Origin: Promethearchaeota archaeon Loki_b32 | GTDB taxonomy: Archaea > Asgardarchaeota > Lokiarchaeia > Sigyniarchaeales > SOKP01 | DNA length: 64,000 nucleotides | Assembly (NCBI GenBank): GCA_005223125.1 | Contig: NJBH01000008.1 | Location: 1-64,000 of the forward strand | Direction of reading: 5' to 3' | In this document: piece by piece, positions 9,774 through 20,536 of the stretch | How the letters are laid out: each line of letters begins with the position of its first letter | Position numbering within the stretch: the stretch's first letter is position 1 | Made by a program: the position numbers and the translations under genes | Notes under the pieces: generated by a model | Told to the model about the DNA's origin: nothing | Databases searched by the model: none | Seen by the model: only the letters and a program-made list of their open reading frames with translations

Positions 9774-10460
9774 ATGTCAGAAAAAGATATCATGATTGAC
9801 GCTGTAGATGTTAATAAAGAATATAGAAGAGCTGGTGCTATAATACGAGCATTAGCCGATGTGAATTTAAAAATAAGATCTGGAGAATTTGTTATTATTC
9901 AAGGTCCTACAGGTTGTGGAAAATCTACACTACTTAACGTTCTCTCAGGATTAGATCTCCCAGATTCAGGGAGAATCATATTTGATGGAGAAAATATCGC
10001 CAGAGCAACCGAAGATAGATTAAGTAAACTCAGAAGACATAAAATTGGTTTTGTGTTCCAAGATTTTAATCTTGTTAATACATTAACAGGTATAGAAAAT
10101 GTAGAATCAGTTTTATGGCCAACAGTTTTACGCCAGAAAGAAATTGAAAATCGAGCAATAGCAGCATTAAGAGATGTTGATTTACTTGATCGTAAAGATC
10201 ATTTTCCTGTACAAATGTCAGGGGGAGAAAAACAAAGGTGTGCTATAGCTCGAGCAATAATCCATAGACCAAGAGTTATTTTAGCTGATGAGCCCACAGG
10301 TAACCTAGACCCTCAATCTGAAAAAGAAGTCATGGGTTTATTAAAGAAGATAAATAAAGAAATGGAAACTACTATTTTGGTAGTAACGCATAGAAATTTA
10401 TCTAGTTATGGAGATAAAACGATCAGGATGGATAGGGGTAAAATCGTTAAGATAACATAA
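9774..10460 (+). CDS. ABC ATPase, LolD/FtsE/MacB type
   Basis: GPTGCGKST, MSGGEKQR, LADEPTGNLD, VTH. Confidence 0.95.
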   Translation: MSEKDIMIDAVDVNKEYRRAGAIIRALADVNLKIRSGEFVIIQGPTGCGKSTLLNVLSGLDLPDSGRIIFDGENIARATEDRLSKLRRHKIGFVFQDFNLVNTLTGIENVESVLWPTVLRQKEIENRAIAALRDVDLLDRKDHFPVQMSGGEKQRCAIARAIIHRPRVILADEPTGNLDPQSEKEVMGLLKKINKEMETTILVVTHRNLSSYGDKTIRMDRGKIVKIT

Positions 10461-10665
10461 TATACACTTTATTTTTTATACCTTTTTTTAAATTTTTTTG
10501 AGATTATTAGATTACATATTATTTATTTATCAATTAAGATCTCAATATGAGTAATAGTAGTAAAGTTGGAGTTTGAAGTCAAAACAAAAGTATAAATATG
10601 CTATAGTTGTTGAATAGTAATATAGAAATTAAAATCATTTAATCATTTATGGTAAGGGGATAGAT

Positions 10666-11427
10666 ATGGGATGGGGTCGTGTAATTAAATCTGGAATAGT
10701 TGGAATGTTGCTTCTTATTCCAATGGCATATGTATCATTTAGGTTTCTGAACCTCACAGAGGGTGTCACAGGAGGATTAATCGCAAATATTGATGATGCT
10801 TTAGCTAGCTTAACTGAAGATCTTGGACCTTTGAGTTTATTAGTCAATTTTATCGCAGGAGCCGCAATTGGCGCACTACTAATATTCTTATTTCCCATAC
10901 ACTGGTGTTTATTTTATCGTCCAGACGATATAATGTTAATTATAGCAATTACTCTTCCTTGGATATTATGTTGTGTGATAACTAGTGCTATTTTTGCTCA
11001 TACTCCACGAGGAGGAGTACATACTAGTCTTGCCATAGGAATAGGATACGCTATTATTCTATCAGTTCTATATATTGTATTAGCTTTAGTATTGCCGCTT
11101 GGATCCACAATCTTGGATGGCTTATTAATGGGATTAACAGATATGCCGTACCTTTTAGCTGTTCTTACAGCTATCTTTGAAGGAACTTTAGTTGGAGCAG
11201 TTTTTGGCGCATTCGTAGGAAGTTTGAAATACAAGCCCAAGGGAGGTAAAAAAAAGAAAAAGAAAGTGAAGATCAAAGCTGAAACCACTGAAACTGGAGA
11301 ATTATTCCCTAGAGAAATTGCTGAGGAGAAAACGGTAAGTACTCCTACTTCTGATTTCTGTAAAAATTGTGGGGCTAGATTAACTGATGAAGATTTGTTT
11401 TGTATAAATTGTGGTGCTAAAAAATAG
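10666..11427 (+). CDS. Membrane protein with lysine run and C-terminal zinc ribbon
   Basis: About 5 TM helices; FCKNCG...FCINCG. Confidence 0.8.
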   Translation: MGWGRVIKSGIVGMLLLIPMAYVSFRFLNLTEGVTGGLIANIDDALASLTEDLGPLSLLVNFIAGAAIGALLIFLFPIHWCLFYRPDDIMLIIAITLPWILCCVITSAIFAHTPRGGVHTSLAIGIGYAIILSVLYIVLALVLPLGSTILDGLLMGLTDMPYLLAVLTAIFEGTLVGAVFGAFVGSLKYKPKGGKKKKKKVKIKAETTETGELFPREIAEEKTVSTPTSDFCKNCGARLTDEDLFCINCGAKK

Positions 11428-11569
11428 TTATCAATTATTTTTAAATTAAAAATATTATTTATTCTAATTCTTTTTTGTGAGTCTGCTCATAATTTCGGTA
11501 GAAAATATATTAATTATTAAATCATAGTATTTTATAACAGTATTAAAAATTCAATGTAAAAGGATAATT

Positions 11570-12574
11570 ATGTCAAGAGAGATAAAAGGTATCATAGTAA
11601 GTCGTTTAATCGTTTTGGTATCAATAATTCTAGTTCCAATCGCTATTTTTGTGATATATAACTTAGTTGATTTTAATCTATGGTATTCAAATGATCTAGT
11701 ACTTAAATTAGTGGTAATTAAACTTTTATGTCCTTTTATATTTAGTGTTTCATGGTTATTTTTTTTACTATTATTTATTACTCGTTTTGCTAATACTCTC
11801 GATGATTTTGATAGAACGATTAGTGTTGTTCCTTCAAGATTGAAATTCTTCTATGGGATAAATGCTATTTACATATTGTTGATTTTCATTCTTCCTATAA
11901 TTACCCCAATAATTTCTATTCTAATTTTTGCTTCAATGGCATGGAGATTAACCACTTTTAGAAAAAAAAGATGGGAGGAAGATACAAAAGTCTCAAAAAC
12001 TACATGGATTATGATGGGAATTGCAGCAATTATTCCGATTTTCTGTTCAGCTAGTGTTTTACCAGAATTTTTCGTGTTAGCAGATTTCTTATGGAACGAT
12101 CTATGGCTTCCGTTGCTTCCATATTTATTTAGTATCTCATATTCGTTATTTACTGCATTAGCTATTGGATCTTTTATATTATTATTATTGAATTCTGGGA
12201 TTAGTGAATATGAACAATTTTGGGTTGATTCTTCAAAAGAGGAGAGATTCTGGAATATTAAAATTCTTGAAATACTACTCTTTGGATTTTTTTTATTTTT
12301 AGATATCGGACAATATAGTGTGATTGATTTATTCTATATAATAGGATTTATTTTAATAATAATCACATCAATTGTTAATTTCTTTAAGGGAAAATCAAAA
12401 ATAAAAAGTTTTAAGAGTCATTTAATTGGTTATCTAATCGCAGCTGTATTTATAGGGTCAAATGTCCTTTTTTCCACTGGTGAACTTTCTGAGTTCTTAA
12501 GAGTCTGGAGTTTATTAATTTCAGCAATATTATACATTATCGTGTTTTTTTATACTTTCTTCCAAGCAGAATAA
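11570..12574 (+). CDS. Polytopic membrane protein, unknown function
   Basis: 334 aa, about 9 hydrophobic segments. Confidence 0.8.
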   Translation: MSREIKGIIVSRLIVLVSIILVPIAIFVIYNLVDFNLWYSNDLVLKLVVIKLLCPFIFSVSWLFFLLLFITRFANTLDDFDRTISVVPSRLKFFYGINAIYILLIFILPIITPIISILIFASMAWRLTTFRKKRWEEDTKVSKTTWIMMGIAAIIPIFCSASVLPEFFVLADFLWNDLWLPLLPYLFSISYSLFTALAIGSFILLLLNSGISEYEQFWVDSSKEERFWNIKILEILLFGFFLFLDIGQYSVIDLFYIIGFILIIITSIVNFFKGKSKIKSFKSHLIGYLIAAVFIGSNVLFSTGELSEFLRVWSLLISAILYIIVFFYTFFQAE

Positions 12575-12880
12575 ATTAAAAACTAAATATTATACCCAAT
12601 CAAGAAATAACGATTTCAATATCATTTTACAACCCAATTCTAAGATAATGATTCTTTTTTAATTGATATTATTAATGGAGAAAACTATTAGAAAATAGTG
12701 ATATTTAGTATTAAGATTTGAACATGTACATAATTTTAACTAATATAATTTTAGTTAACTATTGTAAAAGTGAAAATGTTTAAAGATTCTATTATATTAG
12801 AACAAAAATTATTAAAAAGTCAGATTTTGATTATAAGATTATACTCACTATAATAAGATTATAAAAAAAATGTGAGAAAT

Positions 12881-14971
12881 ATGAAAAATTTAAATACAAA
12901 AGCCATAATGGTCATTACAATTGTCCTTACTTCAGTATTTACTATGCCTATGATGGTTATGGGAGAGGAAAAGGATTACGATGATACAATTAATTTAGAC
13001 CAAGTAGAAGTTGGGATTTTTGATGGTTTTCGAGGAGGTTTTGGCGCAATTTTTGGTAATCATATGGGATATGGTGGTAAGATATTAGGAGCTATTTTTG
13101 AAACACTTTTTCTACAAGGATTAAATCTCACCAAACATGAGATGTTAGGTAATGTATTTGTCTTAAGTGCAAATCGAACTCATTATGAACGAGGAACATA
13201 TAACTTTGCTGATGAACATGATACTCAAGACATTTATTTTGCTCCTCATGAATATATGAATATGTCTGAGGTACAAGCATTTACTGGCATGACACCAATG
13301 GAGATGGGTCATGCATATTGTGTAGTGGAAAAAAATGGTGAATTTGAATATGAAATTGAGGTAGGAGCTGCAGTGACTCTAATTATATGGGATAATGACA
13401 AATCGTTTATTGAAGCTATAAATAAACTAATAAATTTTTTCAGAAAAATAATGATTCTTCAGTTTACTGGTGGACAAATTTCCCAAGAAATTATTAAAGA
13501 AGGAATTTCCTTACTTACTTGGTTTTTAATTCACATCAATGATATTTTTACGGGAGATGAATTATTCATTTTAAACCCAATTACATGGCAAAAGCTTAAT
13601 ATCAATCCTGGACCTGAGTTCAACATTACTAAGACATGGTATATTACTGGTAATGATATGAATTTAGATCCTAGTACTGATGAGGTTATTGAAACAGAAG
13701 TGTCAAATGGAGATTTGTTATTAGATTTTTGGAATGTTACAGCTCAGAATAGAAAAGATAATTATATGGAATGGCTTTTAACTCCAACTCAAGGAGAAGT
13801 TGCAGAAACATTATGGACTCAATTTTCCTTTGATTTAATTCAACTCTGGATTAAGAATTTTGAAATTCATATTGATGTTAACGCAATTCTTAGTGCAGCT
13901 ACTGGTGGCGATGATAGACCCTCAGAACTTATTATTGCAGATGCTTTTGACGGATGTAATATTGACTTCTTTTTATTTACACATCACTTAGCAGGAGCTT
14001 TCTTATATAATGATACAGATAATAATGATATTATTTCTGAAACTTATGACCCTATTCCGGTCGGTAATACTACTGTTGATGTTCCCCATAGTACTGAACT
14101 TACTCATAGGTTAATTTTAGGTACTGTGGATCAATTTCAATTCGAAAAACCGGAAATTAACCCTAGCAATAAAAGTATTTCATGGGGAATCAATATCTTA
14201 GATGTTAATATTTCAGCTGTTCCTTTAGGAGTTGATTTGAATTCTTATTTAGATGCCCCACAGGAAAGACTCGATTATATTCACTTTGGGTTTACTTTTG
14301 AACCAAAAGTCAATAAAACATTAGGTGCTGCACATGGATTAGTTAAATTAAATCAATTTTTTGCTCCTTGGAATGATCCTGATAATCCTTATGCAAATTC
14401 ACAAATTTCTGGCTTAGATCTCGCAATTATATATGTATCTACTGTTCTACACTTTCAGCTTGATGTTGGAACTCAGGGAGATATTCCTGATGCTCCAACA
14501 GCGCTTTTAAGCGAAGAACATTATAAAAGCACTAAGCACAAATTAATGGTTGGAGATTATATTGGTCGAGCTGCTCAAGATGAGCTCGAATTTGTTGATA
14601 TTGCTGGTCCTGACTATGAGTATGGTAATGAAACTGATAGAGAAACTGCTCCGGCTAGTACAAGCATTATTCCAACTGCGGTATGGGAAATGGAGCATGA
14701 AAGGCATGATACATATGAAATTGCTGGTGGTGAAGAAGTCAATACTTTTTCTTCAGATATCAGAGTACAAATTGAATTAAGCGTTATGGTATACGCGGTT
14801 TGTTACCCTCAATTTGAGGATGGCTCCGGCGTCTGGCATGACCCTACGTTCTCAGTTTTTATGACTTTTGAAGGAGAAGAATTTTGGGCAATAGTTGTCT
14901 TAATCGCTGGAGTTGGTTTAGTAGGTGTTGCTACTATTTTGATAAAGAGAAGAAAGGACAGAAGATTCTAA
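12881..14971 (+). CDS. Large secreted cell-surface protein with C-terminal membrane anchor
   Basis: N-terminal signal peptide; acidic body with N-x-S/T sequons; C-terminal 'HDPTF' + TM + KRRKDRRF. Confidence 0.8.
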   Translation: MKNLNTKAIMVITIVLTSVFTMPMMVMGEEKDYDDTINLDQVEVGIFDGFRGGFGAIFGNHMGYGGKILGAIFETLFLQGLNLTKHEMLGNVFVLSANRTHYERGTYNFADEHDTQDIYFAPHEYMNMSEVQAFTGMTPMEMGHAYCVVEKNGEFEYEIEVGAAVTLIIWDNDKSFIEAINKLINFFRKIMILQFTGGQISQEIIKEGISLLTWFLIHINDIFTGDELFILNPITWQKLNINPGPEFNITKTWYITGNDMNLDPSTDEVIETEVSNGDLLLDFWNVTAQNRKDNYMEWLLTPTQGEVAETLWTQFSFDLIQLWIKNFEIHIDVNAILSAATGGDDRPSELIIADAFDGCNIDFFLFTHHLAGAFLYNDTDNNDIISETYDPIPVGNTTVDVPHSTELTHRLILGTVDQFQFEKPEINPSNKSISWGINILDVNISAVPLGVDLNSYLDAPQERLDYIHFGFTFEPKVNKTLGAAHGLVKLNQFFAPWNDPDNPYANSQISGLDLAIIYVSTVLHFQLDVGTQGDIPDAPTALLSEEHYKSTKHKLMVGDYIGRAAQDELEFVDIAGPDYEYGNETDRETAPASTSIIPTAVWEMEHERHDTYEIAGGEEVNTFSSDIRVQIELSVMVYAVCYPQFEDGSGVWHDPTFSVFMTFEGEEFWAIVVLIAGVGLVGVATILIKRRKDRRF

Positions 14972-15143
14972 ATTCAAATTTTTTTTAATTTTTTTTTCAA
15001 TTTTTTTGATTATCTATGACAAATTTAATTATTTTTAGCTAGAAACAAGGATTTTCAGTTACTAATTTTAACAAAGTTTTAAATTTTGATTAATCAAAGT
15101 GATATAAGGAAACAAAATTAATTTTACATTTTGTGAGAGAAAG

Positions 15144-16934
15144 ATGACATTAAAAATGCAAAAACCCTTCTACGTTGATGAGAATAAGCGATGGTTTAGT
15201 AAATGGTGGCCAGAAAACGTTCCTTATAACACTACATTCGAAGAAAAAACGTTAAATGAATTATTAGATGAACAGGTCGAGAAATTTGCTAATGATAACT
15301 TTATTTGGTTTTTAGATGCTTGGATTACATATAAACAATTTCAAGATTATGTGAAGTCATTTGCCACAGCATTAGCTAATTTAGGGATCAAAAAGGGTGA
15401 TGTTATAACATTATATCTTCCTAATTGTCCACAGTATATTGTTGCATATTATGCTATTACTAGAATTGGAGCAATTGCTAGTGGAATTAATCCTACTTAT
15501 CAGCCGGTAGAAGTTCTTCACCAATTTGATATAATTAAACCAAAAATGCTTATTGTGTTAGATGCTTTATATGAATCATCAATAAAACCAATTATTCAAG
15601 AATCAACAATAGAGATTGTTGTTTATACAAATCTTGTAGATTTAGCAGAAATTAAAGGGGTAAAAAAAGCTATTGGTAAATTCGTTAAAAAAATACCCAC
15701 AGGAAAAGTTGATTTTCAAGGTGCTCTTAAATTTAATGAACTTTTAAAAACAAAAGCGGAAGTTCCAAAAGTTACTTTTGATGTAAAAGAACATCCAGCA
15801 ACATATATTATGACTGGTGGAACAACAGGCTTACCTAAAGCAGCTGTATTAACTCATTTTAATGTAGTTTCTAATGCTAAGCAATGTAAGCTATGGCTAG
15901 GCGGCGAGAAACCCGGAATTGGAAACATAGGGATTTTACCTTTATTTCATAGTTTTGCACATACAATTGTAATGAATATTAGCTTAACTATTGGTGGTTG
16001 GATAATGCTTTTTCCAACTCCTCCATCTCAAGCGGAATTGTGTGAGCATATCGAGAGATTACCATGTAAAGAAGGATTAATTTACGCGGGGACTGAAATT
16101 TTATTTAAAAGGTTGGCAGTACTTAAAAATATTAAAAGAAGATTTCCTGGAGTTATGGGAAAATTAATTTTGTGTATTTCAAGTGCTGGTCCATTACATG
16201 AACCCGTTCGAGATACTTTTGTTAAAAATACAGGAGGGAGAATTGTTGAAGGTTATGGTTTATCAGAAGCAGGTCCTGCTGTAAGCGCAGGAAATTTATT
16301 TGGTGAGAGTCCAATTGGAAGTATTGGAATGCCATTTACTGGAACAGAATGGGGTATATGGCCTACTGATGATTTTAATAAGGGACCAATTTGTATGGGA
16401 AATCCTGAAGATAAAAATTTTGGAATTGAGCACACTGGTGAGATATGTGTCAGTGGGCCTCAAATAATGTTAGAATATTTAGATAAACCGGATGAAACAG
16501 AGACAACCATTATAGAATATGAGGGAAAATTATGGCTTTTAACTGGAGACATTGGTTTTATGAGTCAAGATGGAACTATAGAAATTAGAGATAGGAAAAA
16601 ACAACTTATAAAATGTAAGGGTTATTCAGTTTTTCCTAAGGAAGTTGAAGAATTATTAATGAAACATCCTGATATTGGAGAAGCCGCTGTTGCTGGCCTT
16701 CCCGATGAAGAGTGTGGAGAAATAATAAAAGCATGGGTTTCAATTGAGGAAGATTGCGATTGCTCTCCTCAAAAGATAAAAGAATGGGCACAGAATAACA
16801 TGGCACATTATAAAGTACCCCACAGCATTGCAATTATAGGTGAACTTCCAAAAAATTTAATTGGGAAAGTCCAACGGAGACTATTGCAGGAGGCAGATCC
16901 TATATGGAAAAAGAAGTATAGAAAAAGTAAATAA
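15144..16934 (+). CDS. Long-chain acyl-CoA ligase (AMP-forming)
   Basis: TGGTTGLPK, EGYGLSE, TGDIG, DRKK, LPKNLIGK. Confidence 0.93.
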   Translation: MTLKMQKPFYVDENKRWFSKWWPENVPYNTTFEEKTLNELLDEQVEKFANDNFIWFLDAWITYKQFQDYVKSFATALANLGIKKGDVITLYLPNCPQYIVAYYAITRIGAIASGINPTYQPVEVLHQFDIIKPKMLIVLDALYESSIKPIIQESTIEIVVYTNLVDLAEIKGVKKAIGKFVKKIPTGKVDFQGALKFNELLKTKAEVPKVTFDVKEHPATYIMTGGTTGLPKAAVLTHFNVVSNAKQCKLWLGGEKPGIGNIGILPLFHSFAHTIVMNISLTIGGWIMLFPTPPSQAELCEHIERLPCKEGLIYAGTEILFKRLAVLKNIKRRFPGVMGKLILCISSAGPLHEPVRDTFVKNTGGRIVEGYGLSEAGPAVSAGNLFGESPIGSIGMPFTGTEWGIWPTDDFNKGPICMGNPEDKNFGIEHTGEICVSGPQIMLEYLDKPDETETTIIEYEGKLWLLTGDIGFMSQDGTIEIRDRKKQLIKCKGYSVFPKEVEELLMKHPDIGEAAVAGLPDEECGEIIKAWVSIEEDCDCSPQKIKEWAQNNMAHYKVPHSIAIIGELPKNLIGKVQRRLLQEADPIWKKKYRKSK

Positions 16935-17213
16935 TAACTTTTTAAAACTTTTGATCTTTTAATCAGATTCGTAAGTTAATTATTTTCTATTTTATAAATG
17001 TAGAATATAGTTAAATTACTTGATACGACCTATTTTAAAGAAAGCGAAATTTAATAATTCAATATATCTCAAAATATCATAATTTTTGATAGAAAGTTAA
17101 ATAAAGCTAGTTATTCTATTATAGTAAAATAATAACTTTTATTAAGAAATCATTGATTTTTTAATATTATAATACTAGATAAAATTTAATATAAATAAAA
17201 GAGTATTTTAACA

Positions 17214-18155
17214 ATGTCTGAAAAATCTGAAATTGAAAAGCTATTAATAGAGGGTGCGAAATCAGAAGGTTCAGAAATTTCAGACTCCGAACTTAAATTA
17301 ATAGATAAGGTTATTCAAGACTATGCGCCCGAAATAGCTTATTTATATCAATTTCGAGAGGATGAATCAGAAGAGCAACAGATAAAAACAGGACGACTTC
17401 ATGAAAATCGTATCTTAGGTATTATCTTAAAATTTTATTTAGAAGGAAAGAAAAAAATAACAACTGGGGAAGTTGAGGAAGAATATAAACGATATTTCAA
17501 AGAAATAGCTCGTTCTACAATTTCCACATATTTAAATATGCTTAAGAACGAATCTACTTTATATAAGGAACGAGATGGGAGAGTTGTATATTACATTTTT
17601 TATAAAGATCCGCCAATAGGGATTAAACCATTTTGGTTTACTCGAATTTTTTGTATAGTCCCAGCTTATTTTGATAGAGCAATAATTTTTTCTAAATTAT
17701 ATATTAATGCGAAGAAATATGTACAGCAATATAATAGTATTTATGGTGACGGAAATAAAGAGCTCATATTTCGAAATTTCAAATTTATTATTGGGTTAAT
17801 AGTCTTAAATATATTTAAAAATCGAAGTTCAAAATGCGTACTTTGTCAATTTAGTAAGAGAGAAGTTTATAATAAATTAGAAGAATTAATTGGGGTTGCA
17901 GTTAAAGATAGATCAGATGTATTACCAGAAGAGCTTTTGGAAGATGTAATTAAAAAATACTCGGAAATTCCAACGTTTGATGGTATTGATATCAAAAGAG
18001 AAGAAATTGAAAATGACATCACAAGAGAAATTCTACGGTGCGCTGAGATGTATAAAAAAGATTTAGATTTTCAGATTATGGTTTCAATTAGAAGAAAAGA
18101 TTTGAGATTAAAACAAAAATTAGCTTTGGAAGATCAAGAAATAGATTCAATTTAA
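17214..18155 (+). CDS. Winged-helix (ArsR-like) domain protein
   Basis: 'EIARSTISTYLNMLK...ERDGRVVYY' helix plus wing. Confidence 0.65.
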   Translation: MSEKSEIEKLLIEGAKSEGSEISDSELKLIDKVIQDYAPEIAYLYQFREDESEEQQIKTGRLHENRILGIILKFYLEGKKKITTGEVEEEYKRYFKEIARSTISTYLNMLKNESTLYKERDGRVVYYIFYKDPPIGIKPFWFTRIFCIVPAYFDRAIIFSKLYINAKKYVQQYNSIYGDGNKELIFRNFKFIIGLIVLNIFKNRSSKCVLCQFSKREVYNKLEELIGVAVKDRSDVLPEELLEDVIKKYSEIPTFDGIDIKREEIENDITREILRCAEMYKKDLDFQIMVSIRRKDLRLKQKLALEDQEIDSI

Positions 18156-18225
18156 ACATTAATTAAAATCTTTCTTATTTAGTTTAAAATTAAATCTATT
18201 CTATTAAGATTAAAAATCTTCTTTT

Positions 18226-18756
18226 TTAAAGTAAGCTAGATTTTTGCATCATCAATCGAGCTAATGCTTCGAAAGTTTCTTCCACATTCTCACCTGTTTT
18301 CGCACTGCTTTCAATAAATCCATCCACAGGTCTTGATTTTGCGATATTAATACCTTCATCTCCTGTAACTTCACGTTCGTCAACAAGATCAGCCTTACCT
18401 CCAACAACAATAACGGGGAAATGATCCTCGGCCCTAAGTTCTTTTCTTATTACGACTAGCCAATCATCTATATGGGCGAGTGAACTATAGTTTGTAACAT
18501 CATACATGAATAAAGCTCCATTAGCCCCCCGAACATAGGTTGGTAATAAAAATCTAAACCGTTCTTCGCCACCAAAATCCCAAATTTGGAGTTTTATTTT
18601 TTTCCCATTGATTTCTAAGCTTTTAACTTCGAAATCAACACCAATAGTCATTTTAGAATCTGACTTAAATAAATTTGTTAAGAATCTCTGAGTTAGTGTA
18701 GTTTTACCGCAACCAGCATCTCCGAAAATCACAATTTTATACGTTGCATCATACAC
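18226..18756 (-). CDS. Rab-like small GTPase
   Basis: GDAGCGKT, TIGVDF, KLQIWDFGGEERF, YVRGA, GKAD, SAK. Confidence 0.95.
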   Translation of the reverse strand: MYDATYKIVIFGDAGCGKTTLTQRFLTNLFKSDSKMTIGVDFEVKSLEINGKKIKLQIWDFGGEERFRFLLPTYVRGANGALFMYDVTNYSSLAHIDDWLVVIRKELRAEDHFPVIVVGGKADLVDEREVTGDEGINIAKSRPVDGFIESSAKTGENVEETFEALARLMMQKSSLL

Positions 18757-19047
18757 TTTACGTATTTACCTCCCTCTATTTAAGAATATTATGATTGGTA
18801 ATGTCTTTGCGTATTTTTGTTTCATTTAAAGAGATTTCTTGTTTTTTTGATTTAATCACTATTAAGATTTCTATAATTAATATCTTTTTCTATATATTTA
18901 AAATATTTTGAAGTGATATATTAAAAAGATTATAATATAGGTTTAAAATTTTATGTCATTATAATTTATAGATTTGTTAATGAAAATGATGTATTTAACC
19001 ATATTTAATATTTTTATTTTTATTTTTATTTAACTAATTTACATATT

Positions 19048-20346
19048 ATGGTAAGAAAATTGGATTGGTCGAAATATTTTAAAATTGAACAGCATAAGAT
19101 TGAAACATTTATTAAGACCTTTGGAGCTAAAAAAATTTATGCAATGGGATTAATGCCCATAAGAGGTCCAAAAGGCTTTAGAAAGTTAGACTATGAATTC
19201 GCTGAAAAGGGTTTAAATGTTGTTGAAATCATGAATAAACTTGAAGAAGCTCATTTTAATACTCTTGGAATTGTAATCAAAGATACAGATGGCGCTTGTA
19301 CTTGGGATACAAAAGTAGGCTGGAATCCAACGAATAGAGATATTTTGGGTGAATTCTGTGATGAAGGGAAAGATATGTCCATAAAAATAATGGTATCTTT
19401 TACAAGTATGAATGACGCATTCCAAGGTTATTTACACCCGAAAAGAGTGAGTGTCCATGGAAAGAATGGTGAAAATTTTGGGAAAAAATACGTGAAAGGA
19501 GATATTTCTACACATGAAGCTTATGAAATGAGAGTTGACTTACCTAATGGAATATCTTATAATGATTATAAAAGAAAAATCCCATTCTTAACTGAGAAAA
19601 AAGATGAAAAATTTGGTAAGGCCAGGGGTACAAGAGGAACTGGTTATATCCCAACAGAAAGTTTTATGTGTCCAAATAGTGCTCATATAAATTATTTAAT
19701 TGATCTTATTAAAGAAGTAGTAAAAAATTATCCTATAAAAGCTTTTACTGCAGATTATATTAGATACGATGGCCATTTTACAGATTTATGTGCATGTCAT
19801 CGCTGCCTAAAAAAATTTAAAGTAAAATATGGAGATAAAGCCAAAATTTTAAAAGGTAAAGATTGGATTGAATTTAAAACAGATACCATCGCAGAGTATG
19901 CTCAAAGAGTTCAAGAAACTGTTAAAAATATTGATAATAATTGTTTGACAGGTTGGTATAGTCAAGTAGGCCCAAAGAAACTTGTTACCCTAAAAAGACA
20001 TGGTCAGGATTGGACTAAATTATCCTCCATTTTAGATATTTCAGTTCCGATGGAATATCCATACTTGGCTGGAACAAGGGATGACGGAATTTATTGGGGT
20101 TTAATAGGTAATCTTTTTTACTGGTATTTTATTAGAAATATGAAAAGAAGGGCACACGAATATAGAAATCCAGTTTTGGGACTGACAAATTCTGTTGAAT
20201 GTAATGTAAAAGAAATGTTAAAACAAATGCGAGGTTTTGATTTTGGTTTAGGAATTGCTGTGTTTAAATACTTCGGAACTTCAAATGAACAATGGAAAGC
20301 ATTGAAAGAATACGCTGAAAAGGAAATCGGTTTAGAAAATTTATAA
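19048..20346 (+). CDS. Glycoside hydrolase-like TIM-barrel protein
   Basis: 'RDILGEF', 'MCPNS', 'DYIRY', 'CACHRCLKKFK', 'PMEY' pattern of GHL10/GH42-like proteins. Confidence 0.6.
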   Translation: MVRKLDWSKYFKIEQHKIETFIKTFGAKKIYAMGLMPIRGPKGFRKLDYEFAEKGLNVVEIMNKLEEAHFNTLGIVIKDTDGACTWDTKVGWNPTNRDILGEFCDEGKDMSIKIMVSFTSMNDAFQGYLHPKRVSVHGKNGENFGKKYVKGDISTHEAYEMRVDLPNGISYNDYKRKIPFLTEKKDEKFGKARGTRGTGYIPTESFMCPNSAHINYLIDLIKEVVKNYPIKAFTADYIRYDGHFTDLCACHRCLKKFKVKYGDKAKILKGKDWIEFKTDTIAEYAQRVQETVKNIDNNCLTGWYSQVGPKKLVTLKRHGQDWTKLSSILDISVPMEYPYLAGTRDDGIYWGLIGNLFYWYFIRNMKRRAHEYRNPVLGLTNSVECNVKEMLKQMRGFDFGLGIAVFKYFGTSNEQWKALKEYAEKEIGLENL

Positions 20347-20536
20347 TTTAGTTAATTATTCATTCAGGAACCTTTGCTGATACTGTTATCCCCGCCCCTA
20401 TCTCAACCAGAAAGCGTCTACTCATGTAATAAATCACTTTAGAAGATTTTTTAGGATGATATTTTCTCATCAAAAAGTTTTATTAATTGCTATAAAATTA
20501 TAATGTAACCTAAATATAAAGAATAAATTTGAAAAA

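Noticed and set aside
20360-20430. GC-richer intergenic patch (ccccgcccc)
   Set aside because: No alignable similarity to the repeated RNA element and no clear stem.
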